A DNA stretch of 64,000 bases from Histomonas meleagridis 2922-C6/04-290x (taxonomy: Eukaryota > Protista > Parabasalia), in assembly GCA_020184695.1 (NCBI GenBank), contig JAANOX010000245.1, forward strand, positions 124,001 to 188,000, given 5' to 3'. Both the position numbers and the translations under genes were made by a program. The notes under the pieces were generated by a model. That model ran no database searches. It saw only the letters and a program-made list of their open reading frames with translations, and had not been told where the DNA came from. This document shows, piece by piece, positions 44,965-55,808 of this stretch; the first letter of the stretch is position 1; each line of letters begins with the position of its first letter.

Positions 44965-47499
44965 TTATTTGAGCGTTGGCTTGCACCTTGAGTGATAAAC
45001 TTTGCCATCCGATCCACCAGGCACCATTACACAAATTTGGTCATCCAATAAGTTCTGATTACATTTTTCACATTTCATATTCTTTTGTAGTGTACAATAA
45101 TTTGTTTGTAACAAACTTTTTTCAAATGTTTGATCTCTAATAATTGATTTTGTGATTGAAATTCTATTATCCAAATTATGTGATCTCATTGTCAACAAGT
45201 TATAAGCCGAAGAAATGATACTCCTAACCTTTTTAATTGGTGCATTACTTGGGATCATTTGAAGAACTTCTGCCACATTCATATAAGACAAATTATCTTG
45301 TATAAATCCGGCGTATTTAGCCACTATATCCTTTTGGTCGATTTTGTTTAATGCTATAGAGAATGCTTTTTCGGGGTTAGGTGCATCACGGCAAAACTTT
45401 TGTATGTCAGCGATAGGGAAAGTGCCATCGCTTGTAAACAAGTCAATTGCCTTATCGTACTTTTCAGTGAATTGATACAAAAGGTACAAAACCTTTTTGT
45501 CAACTTTATCGTTCAAGTTTTTGAATGCTTCGTTGGGGTTCGTTGATTCGGGGTGGGTCCTTAATATTTCAATAGCTATGTTTAGTATTTCGTCTTTAGC
45601 TTCTTGTTTCGATTTACTTCCATTAGCTTTGAATGCGTTTGTGAACAACAATTTTTCAGTGTTAAAGTTATCGTTATCTATTTCACTTAATATATTAATC
45701 AATGATAAAAATGTCTCATTAGCAATACCATTACCTCTAATTTTGTTTTCTTTTTGCGTACTAATATATATGCAGTATTGCATCTTATATTTCTCTAAGT
45801 TGTTATCACGAATCCATTTTTGGACTGTGTCAGTGTCATGGTTAGGTGACAACAATGCATTGATGGCTAACTCGGGAGGATTCTTTTCTCGCTTCAAGAT
45901 CCAACTTAAACTTCCTTTTAGTTTGTCACTGTCCCTGAACTTTTGGATGGCATATGAAGCCTCTGTTATAAACATTGGGTTGTTCTTGTTGTGGCTAATC
46001 ATCGCATCGTCCAATTGGTGCCATATGTCAAACGCTTTTTCTGGTTCGCCGGTGTTCGCTAAGTAGATAGCGTACGCTGGAATGATGTTCACAACTTTGG
46101 TGGTTTGGCACTTGTTGATAAAGTCTTGTAACAATGACATGTCCAAATTTCCTTCTCTGATTAATTCATCTAATTGCCGACATTGTGATTTGGCTGCATA
46201 ACACTGCGCTAATGCTGTGTTGACCATAACTAAGGTCTTGGGCTCATGGGCAATGTTATCGCGTGAGTATTCAGTCCGGACAAACGATAAAAATTTCAAA
46301 TAGTCATCAATAAATTTGGGGTCTTTGGCATCTAAAACCTTTTCTAATCCTTCAGTGACCGGGTTTGTGTTGTTTAAGAGGGGATATAATGAAATAATGT
46401 AATCAATATTTGATATCAATAAATGTCGAGAAATTAGTTCTAAGGCTTCATGTTGATGTCCTCTTCCCCATAAAACCAAAAATACATCATAAACAACTTG
46501 TGAACAAATTGGTCTGCTAAGTTTTGATAACATTTGATCAATTTGTGATGACTTGTTCTTGAGGATAACATCGGCGATTTCACCTGCTTGTGGCATCGAG
46601 CCGATGATTTTGATGCGCTCATCGGTTACTACGACAAGATCATCATCGACCATTGTCATAAATCGAACATTTGGGATATCAAATAAGAGCGGCTCAGTGG
46701 TTTCTTCTTGTACTAATGGATATCGATAAAATTTCTTTTCGAAGAAAATATAAAAATTATCTTGATAACCAAGTGCATTATTTGGAAAGCCATTTTCCTT
46801 GTCGTACTGAAGCATAGTACCACTGGAACCTTTTTCGCCTGTGATGACCATAAATTCTTTGTATCCGATAAGGAAACTGGATGGAGATACTCGATATACA
46901 AAGGGTGTTTCGACTGCTATTTGTGAGAGCTGTACAGTCTCTTCGGATTCAAAGTAATATTGATTATAAACACCATTGGCATAATAACATATTGAATTCT
47001 CACAAATTTCCATCGATATAATTCGATATTGTGATTGGAACTTTTGTTTCACTACAGGAATTTGTGCAACAAATTCATATACTGTGACATCTAAACCTGT
47101 AACAATTGCAAAAATCGATTTTTTTGGAGAAGAATAACAAACAACTCGATTAGCCTCATCTATAATGGTGTTCTTCAAAGCGCCCGGATAAATAATTTGA
47201 ACTGGACCTGGTTGTCCGCTCCCTCCAAGCCAATGAATTATAGCAGCTTTGGGGTTTTCAAAATGATAAATAGAATAAACTTGGAAGTTACTGACAGCAG
47301 TAGGAACTCTGCTAATTAGGCCAAATGGGGAGGTTGGTGAAGGTTTTTCACTAATATAAACACAGCCATCAGTTGAGCCATACCAAATAGTTCCTTTCGG
47401 AGCCAACTTGTCTTTTGCAGAGTAAGATATTGCTGTTAGTGTTTCGATTTTAACTCCACCTAATGGCGGGAGGTCGGAAACGTTGTTTGGATTTGACAT
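44965..47499 (-). CDS. Vps39/Vam6/TGFBRAP1-like tethering-complex subunit (CNH-like beta-propeller + helical region + C-terminal zinc finger)
   Basis: N-terminal IWYGSTDG beta-rich region, central helical repeats, C-terminal CEKCNQ...VYHSRC. Confidence 0.75.
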   Translation of the reverse strand: MSNPNNVSDLPPLGGVKIETLTAISYSAKDKLAPKGTIWYGSTDGCVYISEKPSPTSPFGLISRVPTAVSNFQVYSIYHFENPKAAIIHWLGGSGQPGPVQIIYPGALKNTIIDEANRVVCYSSPKKSIFAIVTGLDVTVYEFVAQIPVVKQKFQSQYRIISMEICENSICYYANGVYNQYYFESEETVQLSQIAVETPFVYRVSPSSFLIGYKEFMVITGEKGSSGTMLQYDKENGFPNNALGYQDNFYIFFEKKFYRYPLVQEETTEPLLFDIPNVRFMTMVDDDLVVVTDERIKIIGSMPQAGEIADVILKNKSSQIDQMLSKLSRPICSQVVYDVFLVLWGRGHQHEALELISRHLLISNIDYIISLYPLLNNTNPVTEGLEKVLDAKDPKFIDDYLKFLSFVRTEYSRDNIAHEPKTLVMVNTALAQCYAAKSQCRQLDELIREGNLDMSLLQDFINKCQTTKVVNIIPAYAIYLANTGEPEKAFDIWHQLDDAMISHNKNNPMFITEASYAIQKFRDSDKLKGSLSWILKREKNPPELAINALLSPNHDTDTVQKWIRDNNLEKYKMQYCIYISTQKENKIRGNGIANETFLSLINILSEIDNDNFNTEKLLFTNAFKANGSKSKQEAKDEILNIAIEILRTHPESTNPNEAFKNLNDKVDKKVLYLLYQFTEKYDKAIDLFTSDGTFPIADIQKFCRDAPNPEKAFSIALNKIDQKDIVAKYAGFIQDNLSYMNVAEVLQMIPSNAPIKKVRSIISSAYNLLTMRSHNLDNRISITKSIIRDQTFEKSLLQTNYCTLQKNMKCEKCNQNLLDDQICVMVPGGSDGKVYHSRCKPTLK

Positions 47500-47814
47500 C
47501 TCAAGGTGATTGTCACTTTTGTGATGAATTGACAGAGATCGGTTAAAAGTGGGAGATGGATATAAACGGTCGTCAAGATAAACGTATTTTCTTCAAAAAA
47601 AAATTATAACACGAATATTAACGTTATAAATGAAATAATTTCATACTATCCAGCAAAAATTTAAGAAGTTAAATATTATTTAAAATTCAAGCAAAACTGA
47701 AAAATGTTGAACAACATCATGAATAAAAAAGTAAATTTATAAAAAGATCATACAATTAAAAATTTATTTCACAAAAGCCTTATGTATTTCTTGATGGAAT
47801 TTAATTGCTGCTCT

Positions 47815-48491
47815 CTAAATTATTAGTGTTTTTGTTCGCATAAATGAATCATTTGTGAATGATTTCCATCTGGATTTTATCTCAGAACCATTCGTAAGTA
47901 AATATTTGAAACATTTTATCGAACCAAAAAATGTTGTATAACCAATTGGTAAAATCCCATTCATTAATAAAATTGCATATTCTATAACGTGACTTTGGAA
48001 CTGTTCGATTAAAATTAAGATTGATTTGTAATGATATTTCTTGAAGTTTTTCGATTTCATCATAGCTAATTATTATTTGAAATTTCATTCGGATTAACGC
48101 CTTCTTTCAATAACATATCGTGATGCCCTTTGTCAATCTCCGAAAGTTTAAGTTTAAGCTGGCAATAGGGAAATTGATTGCTAGACACTTCACATTAGCA
48201 GGATTGTGCATTCATCATAAAAAGGATTCGCTGATTTAAAAGATTTGGAATAAAATGAGTCCTCTTCATCCAATCCACGATATACAGAATTTCACGTTGG
48301 TAAATTGAACTATAAGTATTTAAATGTAACAAATATGCTGAAAAAGTGTTGGCTATATTTGAATCACGTTCAATTGTTTTATCTTCTGCTCGTAATCGTA
48401 GCAAATATTCAATATGTACATTAGAATCTTTCATTTGTGCAACAAAAGCTGGATATACCAATCGAGAAAAAATATTGATTATTAAATTCAT
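47815..48491 (-). pseudogene. Decayed DUF3447-type ankyrin gene
   Basis: Fragments DEIEKLQEISLQINLNFN and GYTTFFGSIKCFKYLLTNG in different frames parallel ORF 32057-32806. Confidence 0.75.
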
Positions 48492-48612
48492 TGTTTCTTG
48501 AGCAGGTACTCATGATCATAAAAATAAATTTCTTTTTACCAAATGCCGATCAAAGTATATTCAAATTCAGGCAGAATTTATAAACTTTTGAATTTCTAAA
48601 AATACGGGTTGG

Positions 48613-50691
48613 ATGTCTGTTTTACTTTGCTTTTTAGATGTAGCAATATCCTGTTGGTGTGGATTTGAAATATTTTCAATGTTACTGACCAATGTATATG
48701 ATCCATTTGCAATATTCTCAATTGGAGCACCTTTTGGAATTATTTTATCGACATACTTATTCCTATTTTTAAACTATTTTTTCGGCTTTAGTTTAGTAAC
48801 TGGTATTATTCACATGTTATTTTTATTTACACCATCAGTAATATTAGCATTTTATAATTATTTGATTTTAAATCGAGCAAAAAGATTCAAAATTTTCTAT
48901 CTCTCAGTTTTAATTTGCGGAGTTTTAATACCATTTATTGCAATTGGATATTTATTTTATACGGGACTTATGTATAATGGGGCACAAACTCGAGGATGTG
49001 CTTTTGCTGATTTACCATTTCATCTTCAACTTGTATCATCTTTTGTATATGGATGTAATTCTGGTCCGCGAAATTCTCTTTTTGATTTCACGTCTGCATT
49101 CTATGCGAATTGTTCACTCGCTTATCCAATCATTCCAGATTTTTATACAGCCTCACTTCTTGGATGTTATAATGTTAATTATCATCAAGCATTATATATC
49201 CCATCACTTATTCCATTATTCTCTACCTTATTCCTAATAAGCCGTCTTTCATTATTATTTACAAATCATTGGTTTTGTGGTATTCTTGCTCCATATCTAT
49301 TTCTTTTAACTGGGGGTCTTGGGTTCAAATCATGGATGAACCCCGAAAACCGTCGGGTACTTCACCTTGATTATGTGCACCATTGGACCCCCCGAAAAGA
49401 CGGTTCTTGGTTCCAAACGGTCGTCCACATTTTGTTACCACAACGATCAAGTTTATTTTCATTTCCAATAGTTTATTCATACCTTTACTTATTAATTCGT
49501 GAAAATTACATATCTCCATCAGTAAGTACATTTATAGGGGCTGGTTTATTAGTTAGTTCCTTACCTCAAGTTCAAGCGCATTCATTAATTGCAATGTTAC
49601 AATGGACGATAATATTTATTCTCTTAAATATTAAATGGACCGACAAGAAGATCTTTCTCAAAGACTTCAAATGCTTTTTTGTCTTGGGGATTATCTCAGT
49701 CATATTAGTCATACCACAACTTATACCATTTTTTAATCGCGTCAGTAAGATGCAAATGAGGTTTGAGCCATTGAGTAAGAATAGTGCATTTAATAACATA
49801 TTTGAGATGTGGTGGAATTCGCTTGGCTCATTTTTCATCTTGGCCAACTTCATTTCACCGTTAACATTTACTTTGAAACATTTTAAGGCGTATCTTCCAT
49901 CATTATTTGTTTTTTTAGTTGCTAACTACATAATGTACCAACATTGGGAACTAGATAACACTAAGATATTTAATGCCTGTTGGTTACCATTAGCAGTAGC
50001 ATCTTGTTCTCGTATAATATATTATCTCTTCAAAAGATTTAGTCGAATAGTTTCTATTTTGTTGATTTTCTTCACATGTTTCTCTGGATCTATAGCGGTA
50101 ACACGTTGTTTCCGATTTCCGTCGCCTTTGTACTCTGTGGATGAGAACCCGTACGGATTCGCGTCGTGGGTAATCTATAACACACCTCGTGATAGCGTTT
50201 GGGCGATCGATTATTGGCACGCGCATCCGATTACTGTCTTAGCGGGCAGAAAGGTTTTGCAGGTGTTTCCGGGCTGGTCGCAATCGCATGGAATGGATCC
50301 ATATGAAAGATTGATCATAATGAATATGCTGTTGATGAATCCGGAAGACACCGAGTACATAGATAGATATAACGTGAAATATCTTTGCACAAAGGTGAAA
50401 ATGGGTAACGAATATCAGTACTTCGGTATAACGCCTGCAAATAACTCGAGAAAATGGAATTTGATATATGAACAGTTCCCGTACAGAGTTTGGGAAAGAG
50501 TGGACAGGGAGGAAAGCGAACAGAATGAAACAGATGTGGACGAAGATGTCGATGATGAAAATGCTAATAACGAAAATGATGTTGAAAATGAAAATGATGT
50601 TGAAAATGAAAATGATGTTGAAAATAATGTTGAAAATGAAAATGATGTTGAAAATGTTGGTATGGAAAATGGCGTGGATGATGAAGATTGA
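48613..50691 (+). CDS. Multi-pass membrane protein, GT-C-fold glycosyltransferase-like, with acidic repeat tail
   Basis: About 12 hydrophobic segments; lumenal DLPFH and YP..PDF motifs after the first TMs; LLPQRSSLF; C-terminal WAIDYWH..PITVLAGR..GW. GT-C assignment is by pattern only. Confidence 0.6.
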   Translation: MSVLLCFLDVAISCWCGFEIFSMLLTNVYDPFAIFSIGAPFGIILSTYLFLFLNYFFGFSLVTGIIHMLFLFTPSVILAFYNYLILNRAKRFKIFYLSVLICGVLIPFIAIGYLFYTGLMYNGAQTRGCAFADLPFHLQLVSSFVYGCNSGPRNSLFDFTSAFYANCSLAYPIIPDFYTASLLGCYNVNYHQALYIPSLIPLFSTLFLISRLSLLFTNHWFCGILAPYLFLLTGGLGFKSWMNPENRRVLHLDYVHHWTPRKDGSWFQTVVHILLPQRSSLFSFPIVYSYLYLLIRENYISPSVSTFIGAGLLVSSLPQVQAHSLIAMLQWTIIFILLNIKWTDKKIFLKDFKCFFVLGIISVILVIPQLIPFFNRVSKMQMRFEPLSKNSAFNNIFEMWWNSLGSFFILANFISPLTFTLKHFKAYLPSLFVFLVANYIMYQHWELDNTKIFNACWLPLAVASCSRIIYYLFKRFSRIVSILLIFFTCFSGSIAVTRCFRFPSPLYSVDENPYGFASWVIYNTPRDSVWAIDYWHAHPITVLAGRKVLQVFPGWSQSHGMDPYERLIIMNMLLMNPEDTEYIDRYNVKYLCTKVKMGNEYQYFGITPANNSRKWNLIYEQFPYRVWERVDREESEQNETDVDEDVDDENANNENDVENENDVENENDVENNVENENDVENVGMENGVDDED
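50572..50657 (+). repeat. 18-bp coding minisatellite GAAAATGATGTTGAAAAT (ENDVEN)
   Basis: Four to five near-perfect units in the acidic tail. Confidence 0.85.
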
Positions 50692-51098
50692 ATATAATTA
50701 AACTGTGAATAATTTATGTAATCTTTTATTAACATGTTAATAAAATTTTACCTGCTTTAACTGGTTAACCAAATTTTTAAGTTAGCAACAATTCGTTTGT
50801 CTTGAATGAAAATGTTTTCCAAAATTAAATTTCATTTAACATATCGCTCATATTGTTTTCTTCATGTATTTCAGTAGCAACTTCACAAAGCGCTCAAATA
50901 AACAAAGTTTTTTAAAGCAACTCAAGCAACTGGTCACAGCCAATGAAAGGCCAACTTTAAACATAGGTTTCCATAATATATACGTTAAAAATCGTTACAT
51001 AATTTAGTTAAATTAATTTAATATCCAATGTTTTACTTAAGTAACTAACCTGTTAACAGGTTACTTGAAAGTTATTTTGAAGAAGTTTCCTCTGTAAT

Positions 51099-51420
51099 GT
51101 TAATGCAAAATATATTCATTTGAATAATTTTGGATATTTTTTAATAATTTGAAATATGTTTTAATAATTTGGAATATGTTTTGGTAATTTGAAACAGCAC
51201 TTCATATAGCAGTTAGAAATAATAATATAGAAATAGTAAAATTACTTTTAGATAAAGAATGAATTGATGTTAATGCAAAAGATATTCATTTGAATAATTT
51301 GAAATATGTTTTAATAATTTATAATATGTTTTAATAATTTGGAATATGTTTTAATAATATTTTACAGCACTTCAAATTGCACAACAAAAAGGTTACACAG
51401 AAATAGTAAATTTACTTAGT
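51099..51420 (+). pseudogene. Ankyrin-module remnant with two 80-nt spacers
   Basis: VNAKY-[51114-51193]-TALHIAVRNNNIEIVKLLLDKE*IDVNAKD-[51284-51363]-TALQIAQQKGYTEIVNLLS. Confidence 0.85.
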
Positions 51421-51718
51421 GCAAAAAATATAAACAAAAATTCTCAATCAAAATCTTCTTCCATAAACATCAAATCTTCACTTTCAATAAGAAATGGAAA
51501 TGAAGCGTATATTGCTAATAATCAAAATCAACTCAAAGATCAAATGTTCACAGAAAACATTAGAAAGAAAATTACCTAAACAAAAGTTGATATAAACATA
51601 CAAGCATATGAAAATCATCAAAATCGCAATATACATTATACATTTTACCTATTAACAAATATGTTGACAAAGCAAAATGTAAATACATAAATACAATAAT
51701 ATGTATTTTTACTAATTC

Positions 51719-52315
51719 TTAAAGTTGATTGATGAATTTTTTTTCTTTAAAATCATCTGCAAATGGATCTTCTTCAATATTATTCGTTGTTGTTGCATTT
51801 TGAAACGTGTTTTGGGTTTCAATGTTATTTTGTACGGCATTTTCTGTCTCTTGTTCTTCATTGAAATGTTTCTGATGGATTTTAATTAATAGAATAATAA
51901 GTAATGTTATTATAATAATTGCAACGACTGCAAAACAAATTAAAATGTTAATTACATTTTGATTTTTATTTGTTTGAAATTCATTTGAATATAAAATTGC
52001 AAAGAAATAAGAATAAAAACTATTATAATATGTCGGATAAAAAATGATTGTGTAATTGTAATAAATGAATTCTGTTTCAATATATGTATGTGATGAATTA
52101 ATATATGAAAATGTTATTGAATTTATTTGTGTGTTAGAATATAAATATGTGTAAGTGCTCATAAACGTTAATGAAGGATTTATCAAAAATGATTTCGTAA
52201 ATTTATTACTTTGACTGAATGTATTTAATTGAGAAAATGTATTCGATTGTGAATATGTAAATGATTGATATAAAATAGTAAAATATGTTATATTGATGAA
52301 TAGAATTTTAATCAT
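51719..52315 (-). CDS. Short Ser/Thr-rich single-pass membrane protein
   Basis: SQSNTFSQLNTFSQSNKFTKS repeats, TM LICFAVVAIIIITLLIILLI, and a cytosolic EEDPFADDF motif; this architecture is typical of parabasalid surface-protein C-termini. Confidence 0.65.
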   Translation of the reverse strand: MIKILFINITYFTILYQSFTYSQSNTFSQLNTFSQSNKFTKSFLINPSLTFMSTYTYLYSNTQINSITFSYINSSHTYIETEFIYYNYTIIFYPTYYNSFYSYFFAILYSNEFQTNKNQNVINILICFAVVAIIIITLLIILLIKIHQKHFNEEQETENAVQNNIETQNTFQNATTTNNIEEDPFADDFKEKKFINQL

Positions 52316-52732
52316 TAGAAAGTTTGAAATTTTGCAAAAAAGTTTTTTATAACATTTTATTCATTATATCCAAAGCTTGATAAGAAGGGTTATATGTTTA
52401 AATTATAACAAAAAATTAATTTTTATTTTTTATTACTCCAATTAATATTATGTAATTAAGTTGGTAAAACATTATTGTTATCTTAGTGTTATTCTAATCA
52501 CTAAAAAAAATTCTCTCTATTAAATAATAAACTAAATTATACCCAATATTGTAATACTCTTTTAATTTAATATTATGCTAAAAAACTTATTTGAATGATC
52601 AATGGATATTTATGCTGAGTTAGTTCCATGCAAAAGATGTTGTCGCTGCATTACATATTTAATAGTTAAAAATATTAATTAAGTAAAAGAAAATTTAATT
52701 TTTATGAAATTCATGACTTTAAACATTTTGAG

Positions 52733-54112
52733 TTATTTAAAATAGAACCCGTAAATTCTCTTTGCATAGCACAGGAGCTTATTCATGTCGACCTTTTTAA
52801 GTACATTTTGGAAAAATTCCACAAATTCATTTTCGCAGATTGGGTAAATATCGATCATTTCCTTTTCCGTCAAATACAAAATGGCCGTAACGAAGCATGC
52901 GAAGAACTTTTCTAGTGACGGAGAAGAACTTTCGGAAGATTGAGAAAATGAATTTTCAAGATGTGGAATTGAGATCCATAACCTCTGTATACTCTCCAAA
53001 TCGAAGGCTTCAACGAACCAATTCCTTATTTGGCTGATAAAGAAGTCCAATGATATGATATTTCGTTGTTGAAGAAAATGGACCATTTCGGAAAAATTGT
53101 TTTTAAGTTGACTTCCAAGGTCAACCAACATTGGCTTGATGAACCTTTGCTTCTTTAGGTTCTTATATTCATCGAATTTTCCAAATTTATAAAATGAGTC
53201 ATAAATATTGAAAAGTTCAGTTTCACATTTCGAAGGATCATAATCATTACCATATTGCTTGACATAAGCATCAAGCAATGGTATTAAGAACTCAAGTTCA
53301 TTGTGATAATAGAAAGCGCCATCGTTGTTATAGATGGAGTACGTTAGGAGAACGTTAAGAGCGGTTTTTTGTAATTTTTTGTTTCCTTCGAAATATTTGT
53401 TGCTTAGAATGTCTGATTCGATAAGCTTGATAGCTTTTTGAAGTTGCTGTTGTTTTTCAAGTTGCTTGGGGAAAATAAGTGTCCATTGTTTCTTGATTGA
53501 TTCATATTCAAGAGTTAAATCATCAAGTTTGGGATAACAGATTTGAAAAACACTAAAAAGAACCGAATCATCAATTTTAGCATTGTAGAGTTTAAAGGGG
53601 GTTGAGGTAACTTCCGCGAGATTATCTGAATTAATTATTAATTGTTCATCGATTGTATTAAAGTTCAGCTTTTGATCAATTGATTGGAAGGAAACAAGAT
53701 CAGTGGCAGCTCTAATTCTAGGCAAAAATGTAATATTGGTTTGTGAGGGACCAAAATCAAATGAGCCTAATGTATATAATGATTGTTTTGTTTGTGAGTG
53801 GACTATCCTTACCATATCAGACAGTGTTTCAAGAAAATCTGTTAGGTCTTTTACTGCGAGAAAAGAAAATGATATTGCGATTGATGGATTTGGGCTTTTG
53901 AACGAAACATGTAAGTTTTCTAGATCAATTTCAAAAGAAGTATAATTTGAAACTTTATAACTTGATGTAACTTGACTTTTTCTTCCTCTTGCTTGACCTG
54001 GTTGGATTTTGCAAAAATTAATATAATAACTATCATTTAGTTCAGAGATAAAAATTTCTCCTGGTGGCTCGCCCTCGGCAAAATTTGCTGGAAATCTTTG
54101 TTCTTTTTTCAT
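52733..54112 (-). CDS. TBC-domain (Rab-GAP-like) protein with degenerate catalytic motifs
   Basis: YESIKKQW, LIESDIL, LNVLLTYSIYN, FLIPLL and WFVEAFDLESIQRLW follow TBC1D15/16-type order. Confidence 0.75.
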   Translation of the reverse strand: MKKEQRFPANFAEGEPPGEIFISELNDSYYINFCKIQPGQARGRKSQVTSSYKVSNYTSFEIDLENLHVSFKSPNPSIAISFSFLAVKDLTDFLETLSDMVRIVHSQTKQSLYTLGSFDFGPSQTNITFLPRIRAATDLVSFQSIDQKLNFNTIDEQLIINSDNLAEVTSTPFKLYNAKIDDSVLFSVFQICYPKLDDLTLEYESIKKQWTLIFPKQLEKQQQLQKAIKLIESDILSNKYFEGNKKLQKTALNVLLTYSIYNNDGAFYYHNELEFLIPLLDAYVKQYGNDYDPSKCETELFNIYDSFYKFGKFDEYKNLKKQRFIKPMLVDLGSQLKNNFSEMVHFLQQRNIISLDFFISQIRNWFVEAFDLESIQRLWISIPHLENSFSQSSESSSPSLEKFFACFVTAILYLTEKEMIDIYPICENEFVEFFQNVLKKVDMNKLLCYAKRIYGFYFK

Positions 54113-54306
54113 CTGATGAAATTTAAAAAAATTGTCATCCCGGTTGACCGTTTATCGCCTTTACGAAAGTAAACGTTCTCTTATCATCACTTGTAATAAT
54201 TTGTATTTTAATTTCTTTTAAAGATTTTGCGATTTTTATAAACTTATTATTTATATATCTATAAATTAAAAGCTTTATAATATTTTATTAACAAAAAAAT
54301 AATTAA

Positions 54307-55671
54307 TTATTCGAGCAATCTAATTAAAAAATCTTCATTCTCTATTCCTTCTTGATAACCTTCAAGTACGATTTTTCTAGCATTTACCATTACCAAAAGC
54401 GTCAAGAAAATTCTTGATTTTTCTTCTATTTCCAAATCTTGAGTCAATGCTTTAAAGGAATAAACTTTATCATGTGCTCTTACAACGTCTTTAATCCATT
54501 CTCCGCAATTTTCTATATTAAATTTTTCTTTTTTATCTTCCCTTTCAAGTACAGGTATTAACTTTTGTTCCCATCTTTGCAATGATATCGCTTCATGACT
54601 TCTCATTACTTGTTTTTGGCCCATTTCGATCATAGCAGCGATAAAATGTCGACACATTTGTTCATAAACATCGACAGTTCTTGTGTTATCAAAATGTTGA
54701 ATATCATTATTTGGAAATTCAACATATTCATTTTCATCAATTTCATAATCTTCATCGACTGGTGGTGGCATTTCGATGTATGTATCAATGTCATTAAGAA
54801 TTTGATCACGTCCTGTTTCCTCTGGTAAAATAATTGCAAGTGAATCGCGATCTTCTTTTTCCATTCGCATCTTTCGATACATTTTAACTTTCTCAAAAAT
54901 CTCACCAAATATATCAGAATGAAAGGGTTTCTTAATCTTTTCTTTCTTTAGCTTTTTGTCTTCAAATGAATTCGGAATTCGAAATTTCGTGATTTTCTTA
55001 AACGGTCGTATCGCAAAACGAACTTTTGAATTCGGATCAAGAAGTTCTGGAAGCTTATTTATTGGCGCTTCGGTAATTGTTGGAGCGTCTTCTAGTTCAG
55101 TATCTGTTTGTTCTCTGTCTGGTGGGGGAGGCGGTAAGTCATCATCATTTTTAGAGTCATTGATCTCTCATTCTTTCTTCTCTTCTTCTTCTAAAGAGTC
55201 TAATAATGAAAAAGGAATTTTTGGAAATGTTGAAACTTCGATTTTTGGTTTGTCTACATCAAGTAAAAAATTACCACTAATGTCTGGATCTTCAATGTCA
55301 ATTAATTTTCCATCTAATGTCCAATCAACAATTCTTTTTTTTCTTTTTTCACCTTTGTCATTTTCAGCTCCTCCGTAATCAATTGAAGAACCTAAAACAA
55401 GATCGTATAGTGCTTTTACCTTTTTAGCAAAAACATTTGTTGATCCTTGAAGAAAAAGTCCTGCTTGAGAAAAATTTAATATATCTGGGTTAAAGTCATC
55501 ATTGAAATCTAAATTTGTTATATTTTCCAAAAATGAATCAAGATATTCAGATAAAGGAATATCCCAAATTGCAGATAACTCACGAATTGGCCGTAATATT
55601 TCTTGTAAATGTTCTAGATCTAACGCCTGCGACTGTGACTGTGATTGTGATTTGGTAAATGCTGAAGACAT
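54307..55671 (-). CDS. Condensin II kleisin subunit CAP-H2 (NCAPH2-like), interrupted by one in-frame TGA at 55168-55170
   Basis: N-terminal RELSAIWDIPLSEYL and LNFSQAGLFLQGSTNVFAKKV (CNDH2_N-like); C-terminal KFNIENCG...SRIFLTLLVMVN (CNDH2_C-like). Both ORFs are in the same frame and the intervening sequence is stop-free. Confidence 0.8.
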
Positions 55672-55808
55672 TCCAAAATCTGTTTTCTGCGCCAATGGCC
55701 GTTTACTTTTTTTATCGTCCACAAAACCGTTTAAAATTGGGTTCTCTAAAAAAGAAATAAAAATTTAAATTCTTTTATATAAGATCAAGTAAGATTCCTA
55801 TTTATATC

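Noticed and set aside
55168-55170. Selenocysteine at the CAP-H2 TGA
   Set aside because: It lies in an acidic low-complexity linker with no redox context, and no SECIS-like hairpin was recognised in the short 3' region.
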